From NCBI GenBank assembly GCA_951406725.2, contig OX597814.1, positions 55,738,001-55,802,000 on the forward strand: DNA of 64,000 bases. The letters run 5' to 3'. Positions 56,181 to 64,000 of this stretch are shown here, piece after piece (within the stretch, counting starts at the first letter, position 1; every line of letters begins with the position of its first letter). This DNA is from Octopus vulgaris. Taxonomy: Eukaryota. Below the pieces are notes generated by a model. That model was not told where the DNA came from. It saw only the letters and a list, made by a program, of their open reading frames with translations, and searched no databases. The position numbers and the translations under genes were made by a program.

Positions 56181-57285
56181 TCTATCTATTTATCTATTTC
56201 ATTTTACTCAGATGCTTATTCGCTTGTTAAAATAATATAGGGACATTCCTTATTCACCCACTAATCGTATTAATAGTTTGTAATACCTATTTTTAGCAAT
56301 AAACTATTACCATAAAGGTTAATAAAATATTTAATGGCTTAATTACACCTAACTGATTCTAAAATTTATATACTGACATAGGATTGGGAGCAGAACTAAA
56401 ATGGGAACTGAACAGGAATGGGATAGGACATGGAACAGTGCAACGGTAAAAGGGAACTGGGAATAATCCCCGCTTTCCCAGTATAACTAATCAACTCATT
56501 TATTTTATTCAGATGCATATTTGTTTATCAAAATAATATAGGGACATTCCTTATTCATCCACTAATCATATTAATAGTTTGTAATATCTATTTTTAGCAA
56601 TAAACTATTACCATAAAGATCAATAAAATATTAGACTGAGGAAAAAGTTCATGTGCCAAATGTGTGCTGAATGGTCATACCATCAATGCTGAACTTTACT
56701 GTGAGCAACTTGATCGAGTCTATGATATGCTGGTTGAAAAGTACCCAAGACTTGTTTGTCGAAAACGTGCTTTGTTTCAACAAGACAATGCAAAGCCACA
56801 TACCACCAGAAAGACCAGCAACAAGATTGAAGATTTGGACAGTATGGAAGTTCTGCTGCATCCAGCCTATAGACCAGACGTTGCTCCATCTGACTACGGT
56901 CTCTTCCAGTCAATGCAGCACTTTATGAAAGGTTGTCGATTTGAATCATTCAAAGAAGCTTGTCAAGAATTTTTAGATACAAACCCAAAGGATTGGTACT
57001 TTGACCAAATCCATGGAAAACGATGGTCTTTATTTTGAAGAATAGTTGTTGTTTTTGAGTAAATTCTTGCATTAAAAAATCCTTATTTTAACACAGCGCA
57101 CAAACTTTTTCCTCAACCATATAGTTAATGGCTTAATTATATTGACATAGGATTGGAGATAGTAATGAGAGCAGAACTATAACAGGAACTGAACAGCGAA
57201 TAGGATAGGAAATGAAATAGTGTAATGGGAATGGGAAATGGAAATAACCCCTGCTTTTCTGGGTATTACTGGGTAATTCAGCTAG
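56181..57285 (+). mobile_element. Non-autonomous Helitron-like element with two ~300-bp internal repeats
   Basis: A|TC start; decayed hairpin ctgggtattactggg then CTAG|T; unit 56200-56490 repeats from ~56500. Confidence 0.65.
56631..57121 (+). mobile_element. Internally deleted mariner with both TIRs
   Basis: tgaggaaaaagtt / aactttttcctca TIRs with TA flanks; ORF 56664-57038 FQQDNAKPH...HPAYRPDVAPSDYGLF. Confidence 0.85.
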
Positions 57286-57306
57286 TATATATTTACTTGT
57301 TCAAAT

Positions 57307-57342
<36 letters not shown>

Positions 57343-58309
57343 TATATGCATGCATACATATATACATACACACAAACTTGTGAGTGGACTAATGAAAGAA
57401 AGATGCACTCAACACATTTATTGGCAGTTACATATATTACTATTTAAGACAGTTTGATTTAGCCCCGTGTGACTTAAAGTTTTGCAGGCTTCTTACAGAA
57501 ACCTAGCTTGTTGGGATGCAGTTAAACAAATGGGGAGATGGCTATCAGAAATTGGGCTGTTGTTGGTCAAGGCAGGTCACATGGTGTCACATGGTCATTA
57601 AATACATGGCCATGGCCAGTGAGGGTGTGTGTGTATATACCAGATGTATGAATGTATAGAGGTGGGTTTCTGATGTCTATGCATCAGCTATGTGTGTGTG
57701 AGGGGGAGGGACATGTGTGTGTCAGCTGGTGGGTGTGTGGGTAAGAGCTCCTGGCATCAGTTCATTGGTGTATATGTAGATGGCTGCTGGTGTGTGTGTG
57801 TATGGGTGTGGGTGCCTATCAGCCATCTGTGACTACTTGTGTGTATGAATGTATAGGTGTGTGTGTGTCAGCTGTGTATATCAGCTGCATGAGTAACATT
57901 CGTATGAGTAAGAGTGTGTGTGTGTACATGTGTGCACATGCGAATGTGCGTATTAGTGCTTGTTGTATATGCATATGTGCATCTATGTGTTTACAATATG
58001 TGTGATTACAGAGGATCGGTGAACATGAGCATGTACATTCCTGTATTTATATGCATACATATGAATGTGTGCATCTTTGCCTGGAAGAACAGGTATGCTG
58101 GAACGTTAATCTCACTTCTAACAACACCATGCGACCCACCTTGACCAACAGCAGCCATATTTCCTGGAGCCATCTTGGACTTTCTTCATCTCTCCTTTTG
58201 GAAACACCCCAATGAACTAAGTTTCTATAAGGAGCCTACGAAGCCTTAAGTCACATGAGGCCAAGTCAAATTGTTTTAAATAATACGAAAGATATATATA
58301 TATATATAT

Positions 58310-58770
58310 ATACCTTTTACTTTTTACATGCTTCAGATATGAGACTGTTGTTATGCTGAAGCATGCATACATACAAAATCACACACCCTAAACACATATA
58401 CACAAACACGCATGAAGGGGTTAGTCAAATGATATCAACCCTAGTACTTATTTTTTAACCCTGGTACTTATTCTATCAGTCTCTTTTGCTGAACTGCTAG
58501 ACTACAGGAATGTAAACAAACCAACACCAGTTGTCTAGCAGTGGTAGGGGACAAACACGTACATGCACATGTACACACGCACACACACACACACACATTT
58601 ATACATACACACACATAATAATTTCAGTTTGTGTCTACTAAATCACTCACAAGGCTTTGGTTGGCCTGAGGCAACTGTAGAAGATACTTGCCCAAGTGCC
58701 ATGCAATGAGACTAATCCTGGAACCATGTGGTGGGGAAACAAACTTCTACCCCACATTTGTGCCTATGCC
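58310..58770 (-). mobile_element. SINE family B
   Basis: cacaaggctttggttggcc...cttgcccaag...ggaaccatgtgg. Confidence 0.7.
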
Positions 58771-58834
58771 AATAAAATATATAATAGCATTTCCATGCTG
58801 AAAATGGAACTTGGATAGAAGCAAGGAAGCTTAA

Positions 58835-58882
<48 letters not shown>

Positions 58883-59333
58883 TATTATAAAAGGCAGATT
58901 TTATCTGCCTCCCTTTGTATCTTATAGAAATCTACAATATAGGATTTCTTCAATTACAATTTACCTAGCATTTTTAAGAGTAGAATGCATCGGGTCGTGC
59001 CAGGTCCAGTTTTTAAAATTTCAACCCCAATTAAGCAAAATTTAGAGAAAACTCACATTGTGGTGTATGAGTCAAATGCTTCTCTTAGTGTGGGATACAG
59101 CACACGCAAACGCACACACACAGTGTGCAACGAATAAAGTGAAAGTAATTCACTTTCTGTAGTGAGTGACTCTTTCACTCTGCCTCCCACTTCCTCTTTA
59201 CACACATAGACACGCAAATATATAAATAAAATTGCAAGCTAACGTGCGTGTGTGTGAGTGTGTGTGTGTATGTGTGCATGTGTGTGAGGGTGCGTGTGTG
59301 TGTGTGTGTGCGTGTGCGTGAGTGTGTGACAGG

Positions 59334-59846
59334 AAAGTTTTTTAGGACGAATATAAGACCTATATCCAAGTAGCAGAAAGATCGCCCAAAAGTGTATATA
59401 GATATTTAAATGTATTTATATATTCATCTATACACAGATGTATGTATAATGTGTGTGTATATATTTCCATAGACGTAACCATTCACTCCGCACAAAGTTT
59501 TTTAGGACGAAAATAAGATCTAAAGTTATCTCTAAGTAGCACAAAGATCGCCCAAAAGTGTATATAGATATATAAATGTATTTATATATTCATCTATGCA
59601 CACATGTATGTATAACGTGTGTGTATATATTTCCATAGAGGTAACCATTCACTCCATACAAAGTTTTTTAGGACGAAAATAAGATCTAAAGTTATCTCTA
59701 AGAAACAGAAAGATCGCCCAAAAGTGTATATAGATATTTAAATGTATTTATATATTCATCTATACACACATGTATGTATAATGTGCGTGTATATATTTCC
59801 ATAGAGGTAACCATTCAATCCATACAAAGTTTTTTAGGACGAAAAT
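59334..59846 (+). repeat. Three ~160-166-bp tandem units inside the Helitron
   Basis: aaagttttttaggacgaa recurs at ~59334, 59494, 59660 and 59826. Confidence 0.92.
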
Positions 59847-60094
59847 ATTTATATATAAAAGAAAGGTTGTGTGTCTGTCTACTCCGATTTAGATTCCTAA
59901 CTACTCCCACATTTTGCGATGCAGTTTAACCAAAACCGGGTATCTTATAGTCGTGATTCATATCGAGCCCTTCTGGGTATTAGCGTGCGTCTACGATGAG
60001 TCTATGATTTTACAAATAATTTAGCATCATTTTTTTCCATTTTAATGCATATTTTTTTTAATAAAGGGAAGTAACTCCCAAACTTCACACCAAT

Positions 60095-60616
60095 ATGCGT
60101 GCTCATATGCGATGTAATATCACATCAGCAGCATTTCCTCACACCCTCCTTGCACTTGGCAAAGGCAAAATACCAGGGGATGAAAATGGTAATATTGCCA
60201 TCGATTCCATTTGTACCATTGTTAAGATGCCTTCTGATCTCAGAGATGCAGTGTTCCCAGATCTACAAGCTAATTTTCAGAATATGGATTGGATTGGCAA
60301 AAAGGCTATACTGGCCCCGAGGAATAAAACTGTTCACCATATTAATGATGAAATGCTAAAACTCATTCCTGGGAAAGTCTATGTATATCAGTCTATCGAT
60401 ACAACTCCTGACCCAGAGGACGTCATCAACTATCCAATAGAGGTACTCAATTCCTTTGAGCACCCCGGACTACCACCACACTTTCTCAAACTTAAAGTTG
60501 GTGCCCCTATAATGCTCATCAGAAATTTGGTTCCCCCAAAACAATGCAATGGCACACGTTTGATCGTTAAGTCCTTATCTCCCACCGTAAACTTATATCA
60601 ATATTTGCCTGAATAA
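60095..60616 (+). pseudogene. Helitron RepHel PIF1-type helicase fragment
   Basis: AILAPRN...YQSIDT...YPIEVLNS...GLPPHFLKLKVGAPIMLIRNL...CNGTRL; no Rep domain or Walker motifs. Confidence 0.88.
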
Positions 60617-60714
60617 TCATCATAATTCAGTGCAATCATTAACAGTACTTTCAAGCAATTCAGCCCCGAGCAATGCCGGGAAATTCTGCTAGTATATATA
60701 TATATATATATATA

Positions 60715-61085
60715 TAAGTTCAGCAAAATTTAGATTCAGATGAATATGGTACTTAAGTTGAAGGCACCAGAATTTTGTATGGTATTATCCATATAAATCA
60801 AATGGGGTGATTATAATCAAAATAAGCAACAAGGATATCCAAGGTAGTGTAGTACAATCGTTTCATGCTACTTCATTTTATTAAACACTGTAAGTATTAC
60901 ATCAGTTTTAAAATGTCGAGCAATCTTCAGCCACATATACAATTTTTTAATTTCCATTGAACCAAGAATAGAAACCCCCTCCTGACTGATAGATCTAAAT
61001 TACAAAGTGAACTCAGTAATAAAAAATCTACAGATGGAGAAGAACATACTACCACCATGTTCTTAATGATGAAATTAACCTCTCT

Positions 61086-61087
<2 letters not shown>
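60715..61087 (-). mobile_element. Penelope-like pLTR fragment, same family as 16303-17080
   Basis: Reverse complement ttataatcacccc...taataccata...ttaagtacc matches 16965-17035. Confidence 0.7.
60848..60935 (-). ncRNA. Type I hammerhead ribozyme motif, long stem II
   Basis: tgtgg-CTGAAGA-ttgct...agcat-GAAA-cgattg-TA-ctaca; first stem II pair mismatched. Confidence 0.6.
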
Positions 61088-61125
<38 letters not shown>

Positions 61126-61140
61126 TTATTTATTTATTTA

Positions 61141-62391
61141 TTGGGTCATCTCATAAATAATGCAGTTTTTTCAATTGCATGAACTAAAAGTAGGAGGGGG
61201 ATGGGTTAAACTACTTGTATCAACTTGCGATAAAAGCAGGTAGTAATTTTATGTCCTTATTCTTAGTGCAGGTTTTGAAGAGTGTGGTTCGATTTTAACA
61301 GTTATTTTTTCAAAGCTATAATAGAAGTGACAAAGGAGCATATTTCATATTTGGCATATTTTGCTTTATGAGTTCAATAAAGGTAACAACACACCAGAAA
61401 GTGTGGGGAATATTAATTCAGTATATGGGGATCGGATGATAAGTGTAAGTGGTGTTTTCAGAAATTCCAAGCTGGAAACGACACCCTAGAAGACAAGCCT
61501 TGTATAGCTCAGCAAGGATGTCCTGCAAACCCTGATGGAACAAATCCCATCATAACTGTTGAGGAATTAGCAGAGAAGCTTGGATTTGATCACTCAACCA
61601 TTTGTCGACACCTGTGTACCATCAGAAAAGTTAGCAAATTGGAACAATGGGTTCCTCACAAACTTTCCAAGTCTAATTGTGTACAGAGAGTGAATGTGTG
61701 CTCTTCTTTGCTGTCACATCTCATAAATGGAACTTTTTTAGATCGAATAGTGACTGGTGGCAAGAAATGGGTCCTCTATAAAAATATCAAGTGCCAAAGA
61801 CAGTGGGTAGGGGAAGGAGAAACACCAGCACCCCAGGTTAAAGAAGGCCTTCACCCACATAAGGTGTTGTTATCGATTTGGTACGATATGAAAGGTTTAG
61901 TCCGCTTTGAACTTTTAAACCCCAAAACAATAACAAACAAGATCTACTGTGATCAGCTTGAGTGGCTTAAGTCAGTGCTAGAAGAAAATCAACTATCTTT
62001 GGTTTCAAGACGAAAGAAGTTCTTCCATCAGGATAATGCTCAGCTGCATACAACAAGGATGACATTCAAAAGACTGGAGAAGTTTGAATGGGAAATGATT
62101 TCCCACCCACCATATCTGCTGGACATTGCCCCATCTGATTATCATCTCTTCAGCAGTCTTCAAAATTATTTGGACAGAAAAAATATGAATTCTGTAGATG
62201 AGGTCAGAACAGTACTGGAGGAGTATTTTTGTCACAGACAAGTGAATTTTGGAAGAGGGACCTTGCAAGCTTACCAGATAAATGGTAGAAGATGAAGGTG
62301 AGTATATTTTAAATTAAAAAAGAACTTTATCTTAATTTTAAAAAATAAAAGAAGTATATAAAAAAAACACTTTATTTATGGGATGACCCAA
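61141..62391 (+). mobile_element. Full-length mariner (~1.25 kb), inactive
   Basis: TIRs ttgggtcatctcataaataa / ttatttatgggatgacccaa, TA flanks. Confidence 0.92.
61320..62295 (+). pseudogene. Mariner transposase pseudogene
   Basis: WVPHKL, DRIVTGGKKW (first catalytic D lost), FHQDNAQLH, HPPYLLDIAPSDYHLF; N-terminus frameshifted. Confidence 0.88.
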
Positions 62392-62429
62392 TATATATAT
62401 AATAGACAGAGGCATGGCTGTGTGACATA

Positions 62430-62740
62430 GGTGCAGGCATGGTTGTGTGGTAAGAAGCTTGCTTCCCAATCACATATTTCCAGGTTCAGTCCCACTGTAT
62501 GGCATGTTGGGCAAGTGTCTTCTGCTAGTCTCACTTGACCAAGGCCTTGTGAGTGGATTTGGTAGACAGAAACTGAAAGAAGCCTGTTGTGCCCCCCTAA
62601 CTTAGCGGTTTGGCAAAAGAGAACGATAGAATAAGTACTAGGCTTACAAAGAATAACTTCTGGGTTCGATTTCTTCAACTAAAAACACTTTAAAGCTGTG
62701 CTCCAGCATGGTGGCAGTCAAATGATTGAAAGAAGTAAAA
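62430..62740 (+). mobile_element. SINE family B
   Basis: ggtgcaggcatggttgtgtggtaagaagc...ggttcagtcccactg...gatagaataagtacta. Confidence 0.8.
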
Positions 62741-62799
62741 AAACATAATGTTTGTGTGTGTGTGTGTGTGCATATATATACACACACACTTATATATAT

Positions 62800-64000
62800 A
62801 TATAAAACAAATGAAGGACAGAAGATGGAATATACATCTAGCATCAATTCCTTTTGTGGGACACTCAACAACTGGTTCAGGAGCATCCAGTGGTGCAGAT
62901 GTATCTCATCGGGTGATAAATAAATAAAAACAACTTGATAAAATGACTGTTCCACAATGTAATTTACTGTTTTGTTGAGAGAAAAACAGCCAGATGGAAG
63001 AAAAATCTTCATATATATATAGAAGATCAAAAATAAAATTGCAGAAGACAAAAGGAGAAACAAATATGTAACCCAATGAGAAAAATATTGAAAATAACCG
63101 TTAACAGATATGGTTGTATAAACGCCCTTGGGCAAGCTGCATGGCACACATACACGTGCTCATACAAGCATCAACATACCATGAAGGTATCCTATGCCAA
63201 CTCTGCTAATTTAGAGCAGCTTATGCATCGCATAGACAATAGCAAAATGTGGCAAAGGTTCAATAACCCACCTACTGGATCTAGCAAACATTTGCATCTA
63301 AATACCAACCAAGGAGAGGTAAACTGCATTGATAATCACCAACTTCGACCAATTTGTAATAGTAGAAATACTCATGGTACAGCTAGCACAACACTGCCAG
63401 TAAATGGAGTAAATGTATGCTTTATATACAAATAAATACGATAAATGCTCATGCAGACATAAATCAGAAAATATCCTTTGATGAATCTGTATGAGTACAA
63501 ATCTTGTATATAAATGTACTGCCACAGCCTGACCCCATGGAAGAAGTCATTTACCCTAAATACCATATAGGAAGATGGAACTCAAAACAATTTGATTGCA
63601 AAGTGAATTTCTTAATCACATACAATGTAATTTCCAGGAGATGCTGTATTCTGCTCCAAGGAATCCCTGTCTATTCTGTGGACTAACGAGAAGATAATTA
63701 ATAGAATTTCTGAACGACTGTCAAGATGTCTGCATGCATATAAATGTACTTTCGCGCAATGCGGTTGAGAATGAATTTTGAGTGACCATTAACTTAATGT
63801 AATTTAATTTACTTTAAGGTTTGGATGACTTAAATTTACTTTTAACCTCCCTGTTCTTCTAAACACCAAGTAAATAACTAACTCAGTTTGTGATCATGAG
63901 TGCAAAAGTAAGAGGAATGGCATGAGAGTTGGTGTGAGCACGTGTACTCATGCCATGCAGCTTGCCCAAGAGCGTTTATACATCCATATCTGTTAACAAT
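62800..64000. mobile_element. Penelope-like remnant with inverted arms, running off the window end
   Basis: 63100-63166 is inverted at 63932-63997; degenerate minus-strand hammerhead 62861-62916; plus-strand MKVSYANSANLEQL...ICNSRN...PVNG...IYK resembles the PLE RT-to-GIY-YIG linker. Confidence 0.55.

Larger units (their letters stand above)
58880..60692 (+). mobile_element. Composite Helitron with helicase fragment
   Basis: A|TC start; cccgagcaatgccggg hairpin plus CTAG|T end; lies within (TA)n; PIF1 helicase fragment. Confidence 0.88.

Noticed and set aside
59334-59846. CRISPR-like array
   Set aside because: Whole units repeat with no unique spacers; eukaryotic context and no cas genes
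60095-60616. Host PIF1 helicase gene
   Set aside because: Intronless partial domain enclosed by Helitron termini
61639-62295. Active or domesticated (SETMAR-like) transposase
   Set aside because: First catalytic Asp lost, N-terminus frameshifted, TIRs present, no SET domain

Overview
AT-rich, repeat-dense eukaryotic DNA with no confidently identifiable host protein-coding gene. The repeat complement (tRNA-headed SINEs, RTE LINEs with (GAT)n tails, very long (TA)n/(CA)n arrays) suggests a coleoid cephalopod, probably Octopus; this is inference, not a database result. Recognisable content: three decayed RTE LINE copies (two retain a C4HC3 PHD-type finger inside the RT), a full-length Tc1, three mariner copies, four Helitron-type elements (one with a PIF1 helicase fragment), CR1/L2-type relics and many SINEs. 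Most notable is a set of Penelope-like (PLE) remnants carrying type I hammerhead-ribozyme motifs, often as divergent inverted pairs. One subfamily has a 59-nt stem II containing AATAAA about 25 nt upstream of the predicted cleavage site. Also present: fold-back palindromes, nested insertions, a local duplication and a candidate recursive splice site. Most ORFs in the supplied track are microsatellite or antisense artefacts.
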